Source: Promethearchaeati archaeon SRVP18_Atabeyarchaeia-1 (GTDB lineage Archaea > Asgardarchaeota > Atabeyarchaeia > Atabeyarchaeales > Atabeyarchaeaceae). Taken from it: 64,000 nt of DNA. Of the stretch, positions 10,441 to 20,579 are shown in pieces. The translations under genes and the position numbers were made by a program. The stretch is taken from the NCBI GenBank assembly GCA_037308085.1, contig CP147779.1:576001-640000 (forward strand), written 5' to 3'. The notes below the pieces were generated by a model, which saw only the letters and a program-made list of their open reading frames with translations, did not search any database and was not told where the DNA came from. Position 1 is the first letter of the stretch. Each line of letters starts with the position of its first letter.

Positions 10441-10794
10441 GCCCGCTATCTTTTCTCGTCTCTTGATCTCGTATACCCAGCATGCCTGGTTCTTATGCTT
10501 CTCCCTCGTGACCTTCAGGGAGGCTCTGATCGCATCACTCTTCAGCATGCCTCTCTTCATGGATCAAGCAGGCGCGTGCCTCAATCAAAGTGCGCCTTTC
10601 ATCTAGTCCCTAGACGGCATGGGCTTTATCGTTCGATTTGGTGGGCAGGCTCGCGGTGGGCGAAGCCAAGAAGGCAACCCTGCCTTCTACTTCGAGGAGG
10701 AGAAAAAAACACAGGGAAGGACTTCGGCGTGTGGCATCCGCAATTGCCCCGCCCACGCAGACCAACAAAAGATGGAGCAGTCTTAGAGCGCGTT

Positions 10795-11901
10795 CTAGGC
10801 TCTGTCGGCGCGGAAAGTCATCAGCATCTTTGACAACTTGAATTTCTCAAACCCACATTCCCAGAGCGCCTTTCTGAACTGCTGCAGATTTGGGTAGTGC
10901 GTGAACTCAGGGATAACAGTACCAGTCCATTCTCCATGCACGAGGTCTCCTTCCCGAAGATGCATTGGCTCCATTCCCGCAAGACAACCATTTTCCCCAA
11001 GTACGTTTCTAATATTCATGATCACCTTGTTGTAATCGTCTTCCCTGATATAGTGCCAGAACAGAAAAGTGGTCGCAACGTCAAAGTCTTTTCCCGTCTT
11101 GTCGAGGGCTCCATCCCTAGCGTCACCCATCAAGAACTCCACCTCAGCCATCTCCTTCCGGTCAGAGGCTGGAAGTTCTTGGTATCTAACTACTGCCTCA
11201 GAGAACAGGTTCTCATCAAGCTCGAGTCCGACAACGTGACCCTGGGATCCAACTGCCTGGGCGATTTGAATTGTGCTCGTACCAGAGCCACATCCCAAGT
11301 CGATTACGCTCATCCCCGGCTTGATCCCAACAAAGGATATTGCCCGTTTCCTACCTTCCTCCATCAGCTTGGCCCTTAGCCCTATTGAGATTGCTATCAT
11401 TTCCCTCGCTCTTGAGATCTCTGTCTCAGATTCGCCACGGACCACGTGCTTCCAGTTTTTCGCCAGCTCAAAGTGTTGCCCTCTGAGCAGTTCGCCACAG
11501 TACTTGTGAGCCAGCATGTTGTCTACTTCTTCTTTGATGGTTTTAGCTTCCTTGACATGGTCTTTGTGGCATGCCCAGATGTAGCGCGTTGTCCCCCTCG
11601 AGTCCTTCTCCCTTTTCATGACATTGTAACAAACCAAGGAGTCCAGAAACAGCCTGATCTTATCTCTAGCACCCGGAGCATAGTTTTCCGACGCACAGAG
11701 CTGATCGATTGTCGTCGGTTTTGAGAGCATCCTCTGGTAGCCCTCTTCTATTGCTGTCTGGACAGCTATGAATCTGAGCCCCCGACGCAGGGCCCTAGCA
11801 ATTCGATAACTCGTTATGATGTTCAAGCTTGTTCTTCCCTCATCAGAAATCCTTGACCCGAGCATTAAAACTCCACGGACCACTGCAGACAAGTGACCCA
11901 T
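10795..11901 (-). CDS. Class I SAM-dependent methyltransferase with N-terminal helical/wHTH domain
   Basis: VIDLGCGSG motif I, GLE, GDA. Confidence 0.85.
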   Translation of the reverse strand: MGHLSAVVRGVLMLGSRISDEGRTSLNIITSYRIARALRRGLRFIAVQTAIEEGYQRMLSKPTTIDQLCASENYAPGARDKIRLFLDSLVCYNVMKREKDSRGTTRYIWACHKDHVKEAKTIKEEVDNMLAHKYCGELLRGQHFELAKNWKHVVRGESETEISRAREMIAISIGLRAKLMEEGRKRAISFVGIKPGMSVIDLGCGSGTSTIQIAQAVGSQGHVVGLELDENLFSEAVVRYQELPASDRKEMAEVEFLMGDARDGALDKTGKDFDVATTFLFWHYIREDDYNKVIMNIRNVLGENGCLAGMEPMHLREGDLVHGEWTGTVIPEFTHYPNLQQFRKALWECGFEKFKLSKMLMTFRADRA

Positions 11902-12131
11902 GACTCTCCAGAAACTTCAGATCATCTACTACGGTCCGCCTGAAAAAGGAGAGGCCTACAACACCGACCCATATTATACCTCTGGCACGCGGCAAATCAG
12001 AGATAATAGGCTACGAGCCTTTCTCGCCCTCTTGCATAAGGAATATAACTGGCAATCGTTCCGTAGTAGGCATGTTTAGACATGGTTCCTGAAACGCGTT
12101 CTAGAATACAGAGTTTTTTGGAGTAGGGAAC

Positions 12132-12971
12132 ATGGATAGCGAGATTAAGAATGTAGTCATCATAGGGGCAGGATTCATGGGACGGAACATCACCGCCCAA
12201 ATCGTCCCATATGGCTACAACGTCCACATCTTCTATCATCGATTTGACACAAATCCCACAGCCATAGACGAAGCGAAGAGAATCATAGGTCACCTGCTGA
12301 AGGCGGCTCCTAAGAAGGGACCCCAAGGGACTATAACATATTACAGGAGCCTGTCGGAAGTTCTGAAAAACGCGGATCTAGTTATCGAGTCAGCTCCAGA
12401 GAACCTAGAGCTTAAGAAAAAGCTCTTTGCCGAGATAGATGCGGCTGCACCGCCACGCACCATCATAGCCACAAATAGCTCTTCAATACCAGTCTCAAGG
12501 ATTGAGAATTCTGTGAAGCGAAAAGACAGAGTTCTGAATTTGCATTTCTATCCAAGGGTAAAAATGGTTGACATTATGAGGGGTAGCAAAACAAGCGATG
12601 AGACGTTCGAGAAGGGGAAGAAGTGGATCGAAAGCATCGACTGCCTCCCGCTAGTTGCCAAGAAGGAATCGGTCGGCCTCGTATTCAACAGGGTGTACAT
12701 AGCGATAAATAAAGAATATCTGGACATGTGGGATAGGGGCATCGCCGATATCGAGAACCTCGACAAGGCATGGAACATATTCACCGGGATGCCTCTCGGA
12801 CCGTTTGCCTTGATGGATTGGGTTGGCTTGGACGTTGTCGTAGAAGTCAGTATGGTGGTCTATCAGCTAACAGGTGATCCCAGGTACAAGCCACCTCAGA
12901 AACTCATCGACAAGGTTAACAAAGGTGAGCTTGGCAGGAAAACTGGGAAAGGCTTCTACACGTACAAGTAG
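12132..12971 (+). CDS. 3-hydroxyacyl-CoA dehydrogenase family protein
   Basis: GAGFMG, ADLVIESAPENLELK, ATNSSS, LHF, GPFALMDWVGLD, LGRKTGKGFY. Confidence 0.93.
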   Translation: MDSEIKNVVIIGAGFMGRNITAQIVPYGYNVHIFYHRFDTNPTAIDEAKRIIGHLLKAAPKKGPQGTITYYRSLSEVLKNADLVIESAPENLELKKKLFAEIDAAAPPRTIIATNSSSIPVSRIENSVKRKDRVLNLHFYPRVKMVDIMRGSKTSDETFEKGKKWIESIDCLPLVAKKESVGLVFNRVYIAINKEYLDMWDRGIADIENLDKAWNIFTGMPLGPFALMDWVGLDVVVEVSMVVYQLTGDPRYKPPQKLIDKVNKGELGRKTGKGFYTYK

Positions 12972-13345
12972 ACGAGATATGCAGGTGGAATGGAAGACTC
13001 TTCTTGGGATTCTGCTTGTTCCGATCCCGCGACATGATGCATCGCTGAGCGGTGTCTTCTTTGAATCTTTTCCTCAAACCACCTCCAGAGTGGGGAAAGT
13101 CCGGGAAAGGAAGGCAATTCCGCCTCGAGATGGTCTCTATTGGAAGCTCCGCGCATTAAATAGCGGCATCTTTAGGTCCACCGCGCTACCTCTGACCCGA
13201 TTTGTCTAGCCAGTCATTATCCAGTTCGAAAAGTTGACATCAGCCAACCCCGGAACCACTTTGGGGCGAGTTTCTTTGGGTTTATATCCCATCCTCCCAC
13301 CAACAATGAGGTTGGGAAGATACTTTCATAACAGGCGAGTGGAAA

Positions 13346-15217
13346 TTGACACCGTCCAGGAAATTGCAGGCGCTAGTCATGGTGATTGCGCTCCTCCTGA
13401 TTATGCAGCAGGCATGCGAAACCAGGGCTGAGGGCGACCAGATAATCCACATCTACTTTGTGGAGGTCGACAGCGGAACATACGAGGTTGGACAGAATGT
13501 TAATGTCACCTCGGCATGGTACATTCAATATGATAGCTACTCGATTCCAAGAAATATGCAGCATAATGAAGCAGCAATATCCCTGCTGCGTGGAGGCGTC
13601 TACCTATCATCTGACCAGTGGTTGAATGAGACTGACGGATACCATGCACACGAATCAAGGCTTCTCTTGAACCCGGGCGTGTGGAATCCAGGCCAAGCAG
13701 GTGAGAATGGCGTCGCGGAGTGTTCACTCGCCATGTACACCGATGGCGGGAACCCACTAGGGCCCGACTCCCTGGGGAAGAGCTTCAGGGTGGTACAGGC
13801 AGGGCAGGGTTGCACCTTGATTAAGATACTCCCCACTCCTATCCCCGCAAACGCCACCTCGGTGACCATGTTCCTAAGAGTCTACAACAGGAACAACTCC
13901 ACTTTTGGCGTCAATCTGAACAGAATTAACTTCGACATAACTAACCCGATCGGCATACTTACCGTTAGAAACGGCTCCAGTTTCTCTGATGCAGGGGGGA
14001 ATTTCACATTGACCTTCGATCCGAGCTTCGTCTACGGTCCATACCAGGTCTCACTGGTAAGCCAGGAGAATGGGAGGTACCTTCAAGGGCGATTCAACTA
14101 CACGGTATACGTGAACAAGAGCCCGATCCCATCCAACCTAAGCATACAATGGAGCTATACAGGAATCATGTATAACGCCTCAACAAGCTACGCGCTTGAG
14201 CCTGCGAAGGTCACAGTGAAACTGGCAAGCTGGCTTGATGGCGTGGGAATAAGCGATCAGCAACTGGACATGAAGGTCCTTGACTCCTCAGACTTGGAGG
14301 TAGTCTACGAGACCAGAGAGACGACAAATGCCTCAGGGTTCGCGACCTCCACCTTCACGATTCCATACGCAGGGGAATTCGCTCTAGAAGTATCCTATGA
14401 CGGGCTAATCAACACGTGGCTGGCAGCGGCCAAAACATCTCCAAACCTCATGAAAGCGAAGTGCAGAGACATATCAATAGTCGAGCTTGTGGGACCACCC
14501 CCGGTAGTTGCACTGAACCGCAGCTACCCCGTCAGATACCTTATCCTTGATTTCTTGTCCAACAAGCCAGTTCTGGGGATCAAAGTATGCGCAGAGTTCA
14601 ACAACTCCACAATCGCCGAAGGCCTCACCAACAGCTATGGGGTGACCGATCTGGAAATCGATTTTTCTTCTGGCAGGCTAGATCTCCTAGGTAACACCAC
14701 GCTAATCATAGAGGCGTCCTCCAACTCCCCCAAGCCGGTTTTCGAGGGCACTGCCATAGCCGTGCCCCTCTTCTGCAAGATTCAAACAGTCATCAAGCTG
14801 AAAGCCTCTTTGCAGAACGTGCTGGAAGGCGGAGGCAAACTAGTAGTCACCTCCGAACTATTATTCTCAAACAACACCCCCATTCCAAACCAGACAATAA
14901 TATTCACACTCATCCTAAACCTAGGGGAAGCTCCCTATGACACTGCTTCTGCGGAGACCAACCCACAGGGAACCTGCAACGTCTCGCTGAACCTACCAAG
15001 GCACGGAGCCATAACGATAACAGCCACCTTCATCGGCAACCTAACACTAGACGTCTCCAATGACTCGTGCTCCATCTCAGTCATCCCCGCGTATCAAGAG
15101 CGGCTCTCCTCCTCCACCCCCATCATAGCCTCAGCCATACTTCTCTCGATGATCGCGATGCTAGTCATGGAAAGGACAAGACGAAAAGCAAGATGGCAGG
15201 ACATACGCATCGCATGA
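13346..15217 (+). CDS. Secreted/surface glycoprotein with Ig-like beta domains and C-terminal TM anchor
   Basis: Signal-peptide-like N-terminus, many NxS/T sequons, repeated TN..G motifs, and a C-terminal TM helix followed by a basic tail. Confidence 0.75.
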   Translation: MTPSRKLQALVMVIALLLIMQQACETRAEGDQIIHIYFVEVDSGTYEVGQNVNVTSAWYIQYDSYSIPRNMQHNEAAISLLRGGVYLSSDQWLNETDGYHAHESRLLLNPGVWNPGQAGENGVAECSLAMYTDGGNPLGPDSLGKSFRVVQAGQGCTLIKILPTPIPANATSVTMFLRVYNRNNSTFGVNLNRINFDITNPIGILTVRNGSSFSDAGGNFTLTFDPSFVYGPYQVSLVSQENGRYLQGRFNYTVYVNKSPIPSNLSIQWSYTGIMYNASTSYALEPAKVTVKLASWLDGVGISDQQLDMKVLDSSDLEVVYETRETTNASGFATSTFTIPYAGEFALEVSYDGLINTWLAAAKTSPNLMKAKCRDISIVELVGPPPVVALNRSYPVRYLILDFLSNKPVLGIKVCAEFNNSTIAEGLTNSYGVTDLEIDFSSGRLDLLGNTTLIIEASSNSPKPVFEGTAIAVPLFCKIQTVIKLKASLQNVLEGGGKLVVTSELLFSNNTPIPNQTIIFTLILNLGEAPYDTASAETNPQGTCNVSLNLPRHGAITITATFIGNLTLDVSNDSCSISVIPAYQERLSSSTPIIASAILLSMIAMLVMERTRRKARWQDIRIA

Positions 15218-15306
15218 CTTCTTCAACATGCTGTGTAGAATTCAGCAAGGGCTACTGACCCAGCTGAAGAGAAGTCATTCACCGTCTCAGACCGAAATGC
15301 TAGCGC

Positions 15307-15570
15307 TCACTTAACGAGGCTCATCAGGAAGCTCCACACTTGGGGAGCCACCGTGTCCCTGAAGAAGTCGAAGCCCGCAACCCAGTCCAGGCATACGACG
15401 AGAATGACGGCGTCGACAGCAATCTCCACGACACGCCTCGGCGTAAAACCAGAGGAAACTCCTCTCCGCACGGCAAACAGCAGCTGGGCAAAGACAACTA
15501 TAGCACCGATGCTGAAGAGAACATCTACGATGTGCTCCACGGCGCCGTTCCCAAGAATGATTTCACTCAT
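15307..15570 (-). CDS. Small membrane protein
   Basis: Two hydrophobic segments. ATG at 15570 within ORF 15307..15660. Confidence 0.55.
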   Translation of the reverse strand: MSEIILGNGAVEHIVDVLFSIGAIVVFAQLLFAVRRGVSSGFTPRRVVEIAVDAVILVVCLDWVAGFDFFRDTVAPQVWSFLMSLVK

Positions 15571-15785
15571 GAGATCGATCTCAACCCCATCAGCGGAAGG
15601 TTCACGGCACACCCTATAAATACCCCACCTCAAGAATGCAAATCCCGCAATCCACAACAATACTCATCAGAAACTTGGCGGTTGCCGAGGAAAACATAGA
15701 CACATAATTGTGCCCTTGAACCCAATTAGCTGCGCTGGTCGATTTCAATTGCCAAAATCGTGATGAGCAGCGTAACTTACTGGGT

Positions 15786-16427
15786 TCAAGCGAGCGCACG
15801 CTTCCGTTCGTAGTGTCGACGCGCCTTGGCGCGGTTGCCGCAGTCCTTCATGTCGCACCACCGGCGGGTACGGTTTCGACTCATATCCAGGAACAGCCAC
15901 CCGCAGTCCTTCGATGAGCACCTTCTTATTCTGTTAATCTCCTTAGAAGTTAGCAGATCTGCCGCGGATCGCGCAATGGACCAAAGTACTCGGCCAAGCT
16001 CGTTTGCCTTGGTGTCAAGAATCCAAGCGAAGCCACCTGACTCTGGCCTGATTTGTGAGTGGGCCATTGCCTCGGACAGCTCAGTATTCAGTGTGGCGAG
16101 ATCCTCGGCGTGCGGCGGATTTCCATCCACGATCGCCGAGAAGACGTGGTATATGACTTCTCTCAGGGCGGTGGCTCGTTTGAGAACTGCAGTTGCCTCT
16201 GTAGGGCGTAGTCTTGCTGACTGGAGAAGCTCTTGCGCTTCGTCGTCGCGCAAGATGCCTGCATGTTGACTCCATGAAATGAGTTCGGAGTAGCTGTTAA
16301 GGCTTTCATGCGAGTGGTCGGTGCCGCGCCAACTGACCGTGTTGGTAAAGTCCAGGCACAGCCACCCGCCAATGAGCTTTAAGTTGCCTGCACCTGTTTC
16401 TTCTTCGTTCATGAGTTCTCTAACCAC
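15786..16427 (-). CDS. ABATE / CGNR zinc-finger protein
   Basis: LDFTNT at the N-terminus and C..C.WLFLD.SRN..RRWC.M..CGNRAK at the C-terminus. Confidence 0.92.
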   Translation of the reverse strand: MVRELMNEEETGAGNLKLIGGWLCLDFTNTVSWRGTDHSHESLNSYSELISWSQHAGILRDDEAQELLQSARLRPTEATAVLKRATALREVIYHVFSAIVDGNPPHAEDLATLNTELSEAMAHSQIRPESGGFAWILDTKANELGRVLWSIARSAADLLTSKEINRIRRCSSKDCGWLFLDMSRNRTRRWCDMKDCGNRAKARRHYERKRALA

Positions 16428-16562
16428 CTAAATGCACTCTTGGCAGCTAAAAGCTTATATACGTATAACCTCCTAATATGACTTTTGACGGTTAGCTCGA
16501 CAGATTGGTTTAGGAGGCCCTAGAACCTGACGACCCTGACACAAGATGTAAAGCAGAAAGCC

Positions 16563-17276
16563 ATGGAACTCGGCTTTGTATCCATTGGCGTTTCTAACCC
16601 TGAAGCGCTCCGGGCACTGCCCTACGGATGGGTGGAAAAAATCGTGAATCTGCGGAGACCCGAAGAGCAACTTCCCACCGTCAAATCGGTAATACTCATG
16701 GCCATGCATGCCTGGGACAACAAGGCATTCAGCTTCGCCATTGACCCACCCAATTGGCTCGGCTACGGAATGCACCCACCCGAACAGCAATTCGACAGCT
16801 ACTACTTCTGCACCGAGATCATGAGGAACAAGGCGTGGCTAATGGTTGAGCATCTCAGAAAAAGCGGCTTCGAATCCACCATTGCTTCTGGATTTCCCCT
16901 CAAGACAGCCGCCGTCAAATGCGGCCTAGGCTGCCAAGGAAAGAACACTCTCCTAATTACCCCCCAGTTCGGACCAAGAGTAAGACTGATCTCAGTGCTA
17001 ACACCAGCACAGCTCGACGCAGACGAACCCTTCAAAGAAGACCTATGCGGAACCTGCGAGAAATGCCTCGCCGCTTGCCCCACAAAGGCGCTTGAACCCC
17101 ACAAGCTGAAAATCACCCGCTGCATGACCTACTCCGTAGAAAGCCCACACTCCTCGGACGTCCCCGACGATGTCAGGAAATTAGAGAAACAATTCGTCGT
17201 GAAGCCCACTCCGAACAGCTACATGGAATGCACAATATGCGCCGATGTCTGCCCCATTGGGAAGACGAAGAAATGA
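16563..17276 (+). CDS. Epoxyqueuosine reductase (QueG)-like 4Fe-4S protein
   Basis: K.AAV..GLG..GKNTLLI.P.FGPRVRL, CxxCxxCxxxCP and a second CxxCxxxCP. Confidence 0.85.
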   Translation: MELGFVSIGVSNPEALRALPYGWVEKIVNLRRPEEQLPTVKSVILMAMHAWDNKAFSFAIDPPNWLGYGMHPPEQQFDSYYFCTEIMRNKAWLMVEHLRKSGFESTIASGFPLKTAAVKCGLGCQGKNTLLITPQFGPRVRLISVLTPAQLDADEPFKEDLCGTCEKCLAACPTKALEPHKLKITRCMTYSVESPHSSDVPDDVRKLEKQFVVKPTPNSYMECTICADVCPIGKTKK

Positions 17277-17329
17277 GCCTGATGCTGCACTCCAGGCGGT
17301 TACGGGCCACAGAATAGAAGCAGCCTTCC

Positions 17330-17632
17330 TTATGTCTTAGGCGAGGGCTGCCTACCTTCACCACCAACTTCCCTTATTTCGCCTGCCTTGCTTACCTTGA
17401 ATTTATGCTTAGTCCTCGTAGTTGAGGAGGGCCCTTCATAGAGCTCGCATACGACGGTAAAATCCTTTCTCCCCCTCTTGACAGAGGCTACCGTAATCTC
17501 CTTCCAGTCCGCCACAATCCTATCAGCTGCCCTCTCCATTCCAGCACCCTTCTTCGTCCCAGACTCATTCCTTTCAAGATAGTTTCTTGCAAGCAGGGCA
17601 GCCGTGTCAGCATTGATCTCTTTTTCTTTCAT
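17330..17632 (-). CDS. Hypothetical protein
   Basis: 100-aa ORF with a TATA-like element upstream. Confidence 0.5.
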   Translation of the reverse strand: MKEKEINADTAALLARNYLERNESGTKKGAGMERAADRIVADWKEITVASVKRGRKDFTVVCELYEGPSSTTRTKHKFKVSKAGEIREVGGEGRQPSPKT

Positions 17633-17759
17633 GCTAATGCGATCTGCATCCGAATCATATAAGAATTCCCGAAAAAATAGAGCTGCCGCCCCTAAGAGGC
17701 TTAATAAGGCAGCTACACAAGACTATCAGTCAACGAGGCGAGGGTGGGGATGAGGTCGC

Positions 17760-18215
17760 ATGCCTAAGTGCCCAGTCTGCGGTGCCAGCATAAGCTCCAA
17801 CGAGCGGGGGTTCAGAGGACGGGGAACATTCGAATGCCCCGAATGCAAGACAAAGCTCAAACTAAGCAGCTCAGTACACACAGTCATCTACACAACACTG
17901 CTACTCGCAACCATCGCGACCATCATCATACTGGTCCAGACCTCCGGGGGGCTAACAGGCACCCACCAATATACAGTCAATGGCGAAATAGCTGGAGCGT
18001 TGGGCTTTCCCGGATCCTTCTTACTAATTTTCTTCGCCCCCTCCATGTATTGGCTGGAAAAGGCGCCCCTCAAGATCGTTGAGCGAAGACCAAGGTGCAG
18101 CCACTGCAACACCATCATTACGCAGCAAAACCCAGAGTTCTGCCCAAAATGCGGGGAGCGACTGACGACTGAGGACCTAAAGGGCACCTTGCCCCGACGC
18201 ACACCCAAGGGTTGA
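17760..18215 (+). CDS. Double zinc-ribbon membrane protein
   Basis: CPVC/CPEC, two TM segments, then CSHC/CPKC. Confidence 0.75.
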   Translation: MPKCPVCGASISSNERGFRGRGTFECPECKTKLKLSSSVHTVIYTTLLLATIATIIILVQTSGGLTGTHQYTVNGEIAGALGFPGSFLLIFFAPSMYWLEKAPLKIVERRPRCSHCNTIITQQNPEFCPKCGERLTTEDLKGTLPRRTPKG

Positions 18216-18318
18216 TGGGGCGGGTCACCATTCCAGGTAGTATCCGTCGTATATTGGCCCAGAACAGAAGTGAAGGAAGCAGTATTTGGGCAGACCCATA
18301 CACTTGATTAGCCCCGCC

Positions 18319-18346
18319 AGGATCACACCGCTTCAACTCACCCTCA
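18319..18346 (-). repeat. atpB 3'-end copy D (core only)
   Basis: AGGATCACACCGCTTCAACTCACCCTCA matches atpB 29127-29154 and reads EGELKRCDP. Confidence 0.85.
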
Positions 18347-18420
18347 CTCTAGTTAAACCTGGATGACTAGAAACCAATCTGCCAAAAGAAAACCAAAAAA
18401 AGAAGGGGAATTGGAGTGTT
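18347..18420 (-). repeat. Shared terminator/junction block (second copy at 22711-22780)
   Basis: CTCT(A/G)GTTAAACCTG.ATGAC.AGAAACC.ATCTGCCAAAAGAA..CAAAAAAAGAAG.GAATTG occurs at both sites. The oligo-A run is oligo-T on the coding strand. Confidence 0.8.
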
Positions 18421-18441
18421 CCAGCGAGCGCTGCCAATCGC

Positions 18442-19779
18442 CTACATCGTTTTCCTGTTGTGCCCGTCTATCATGAAGACGAACCCAACTATGCCGTGAA
18501 GGTTCGGTACAATGAATTTCAGGTTTATGTAATCCCCTTTGAATGTCTGCGTCCACGTGTCGTCGTTGAACATGAGTGGCCCTTTCACGTTCCCGTCGCG
18601 CGAGTGAACTGCCGATATCAGTGGGCATAGGTTCCATCTTCCGTACTTGTCAACGGCGTAGAGCTTGACCTGGTCGATCCACGAGTGGCTGTTGTTGTAC
18701 GCTGCGCCGATCTCAGCGAGCCGTATCGAGCAAACCTGGTGGTTTAGAGCTGGCATCGTGGTCAAGGTGTGGAACACGGTTATGTCGCTTTCAGGGTTGA
18801 CCAAGTTGTGTAGGTTCAGGACGCCCTCGTTAACGAACCCTGTGCCGTCCCAGACCAAGAGGTCCGGGCAGCCGCCACCACCGCCAGGCGGAGGGGGAGG
18901 GGGAGGCGGATAAAGATCCAACGTGACCGATGTCTGCAGAGTTTCCAGGGTCTCAACATGGGTTGGATTACCATCTACATGTTCGAACTGAACCGTTGCA
19001 ACCAGTGTTATCATGTGGGGGATGTTGCCCCTCGTGAGGTACCACTCGATGTCGGCATAAGCCGAAGCTTCGTCCACGCCATAGTTAGCCATCCACCATA
19101 TGTTCCTCTCGTAACTGGCGTCGATGAATCCTGGGTTAATCCATGTAAAGTATCCTCCACTGCTAGCGAAGGGGACATCGGTGTAAGAGCCACCATCTTG
19201 GTTTGCCTGGGACATGTCGTTGCACAGCGTGGTGATGCTATATACCCATCCAAGGATCCCAATGCCGGCAAGGGATGTTATCAGGTCCACCCCAACACCC
19301 AAGGCATACGAGTTGAGGGGGTCGATAGGGTGTGTCTCAGGAATGGGTTTCAAGCCCAAAGTGTTGGTATTATGAATGTATATTCCCATGTATTGCTGGT
19401 AAGATGGGTCCTCAACGACGTCGAGCTTAACCCACCTCACGAAGTAGAACTGATTTCCGGCAGGGGGCTCGGTATCATGAAACACGTTAAGGAGGGAAAC
19501 ATCTATGCTGACTCGAAGCGGCAAAAGGTCATAGGAGTAGCCGCCATCTCCTCTATAGTCGAAATCATAGACGTAGCATGCAATCGCAACCCCGCCCATA
19601 TTCCCTTGCTTCGAGTCCCCAATTGTTTGCCGGAATTGTGTGTCTGTAGTGGGCGTATAAGTAGAGAAGACACTGGGATGCCACGTTGCCGCCGCTGGTG
19701 CCACAACACTGAAAGTAGTGAGTAGCATTACTGACATGAGGGCTATCGTAGCGAGCTTTAATGATCTCTTGTTCTCCAT
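18442..19779 (-). CDS. Secreted protein with Pro/Gly linker and conserved C-terminal 'GGGG-CPxLxVxxG' domain (cargo of unit 4)
   Basis: Signal peptide, then PPPPPPPGGGGGCPDLLVWDG. The C-terminal domain aligns with that of 20580..22190. Confidence 0.85.
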   Translation of the reverse strand: MENKRSLKLATIALMSVMLLTTFSVVAPAAATWHPSVFSTYTPTTDTQFRQTIGDSKQGNMGGVAIACYVYDFDYRGDGGYSYDLLPLRVSIDVSLLNVFHDTEPPAGNQFYFVRWVKLDVVEDPSYQQYMGIYIHNTNTLGLKPIPETHPIDPLNSYALGVGVDLITSLAGIGILGWVYSITTLCNDMSQANQDGGSYTDVPFASSGGYFTWINPGFIDASYERNIWWMANYGVDEASAYADIEWYLTRGNIPHMITLVATVQFEHVDGNPTHVETLETLQTSVTLDLYPPPPPPPPGGGGGCPDLLVWDGTGFVNEGVLNLHNLVNPESDITVFHTLTTMPALNHQVCSIRLAEIGAAYNNSHSWIDQVKLYAVDKYGRWNLCPLISAVHSRDGNVKGPLMFNDDTWTQTFKGDYINLKFIVPNLHGIVGFVFMIDGHNRKTM

Positions 19780-19834
19780 TTACTCGTCTCACTTCTCTCT
19801 CCATGTCTTGCGTTCTCTCTCAGCCCTTCAATTA

Positions 19835-19886
19835 GGGCTAGGCGGTGACCGCCTCCAAGACAAGCAGCCTTGGCTTACCTGCCGTG
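19835..19886. promoter_or_regulatory. Conserved leader block with 15-bp palindrome AGGCGGT-G-ACCGCCT (copy at 22253-22307)
   Basis: Identical palindrome at 19840-19854 and 22258-22272, each 60-70 nt upstream of the cargo start codon. Confidence 0.6.
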
Positions 19887-20039
19887 TTTCGCATCTGAAC
19901 AACGCAAGCATCGTTGCTCTGGGTTTCCCTCAACCGACTTAGCTGAGTTGTTCCCTGAGCGCCCCTCTTGAGCGGCGAATCGTCTCGATTCTGAGACTCT
20001 AGTTGCCTATCACGGCAGGATTTGTTTCCCCGTCCCTCG

Positions 20040-20143
20040 ATCAACTGATAGAAATTATTCCGATGGACCTGCTATTTATAGTTAACGTTTTCTGCTGGGG
20101 GAATCGATTATCGCATTAGAAATAAAACGGCCCCCCGCGCAGC
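20040..20143 (-). promoter_or_regulatory. Duplicated promoter block (copy at 22397-22500) with TATA box TATAAATA
   Basis: TCAACTGAT.GAAATTATTCCGATGGA.CTGCTATTTATAG...CGATTATCGCATTAGAAATAAA occurs at both loci. Confidence 0.75.
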
Positions 20144-20263
20144 GGAACGTGCCTCGAGCAGAACAAGAAAAACCAGCAAGCCGAGGAAATCGAGCCCTTT
20201 CAAGAACCAGTAAGGGAAACAAGCCAAGTAGCGAGCTTGTGAGAAGGGAGGAGAGAAAAGCGA

Positions 20264-20365
20264 TCAGGCGGTTGCCTGCGGCGTCATAGAAGCGTACTTG
20301 TAGCGGCTGGCCCTGCGGGCAGCCTCAATCGTCTTTGGATCGCAAGGCTTCAACTCATTCTCAGA
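20264..20365 (-). repeat. atpB 3'-end copy C
   Basis: Reads [32 protein letters not shown] against the atpB end [32 protein letters not shown]. Confidence 0.93.
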
Positions 20366-20579
20366 AGCGCACGGTGGGAGCAACCCGGTGAGATTATGTC
20401 CTACCTGCGTGACAATGTTTCATGGGATTCCTCGTCGTTGCATCGGGCTTGCTGATCTTGGAGCTTATTACCAATCTTCGAGTATTAGGGTCACAGGAAG
20501 ATGTTTACTGTCAGCATCTGGTGCATAATAGAAAAAGTAAGGGAGTTGGAGTAGTCTCTCGATCCCTTTAGGTGTTGGC

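Noticed and set aside
10495-10841. ORFs between actin and the methyltransferase
   Set aside because: They follow the actin terminator, lack motifs and an SD, and have low-complexity translations.
18958-19725. 255-aa plus-strand ORF
   Set aside because: Antisense shadow of the secreted protein gene 18442..19779.
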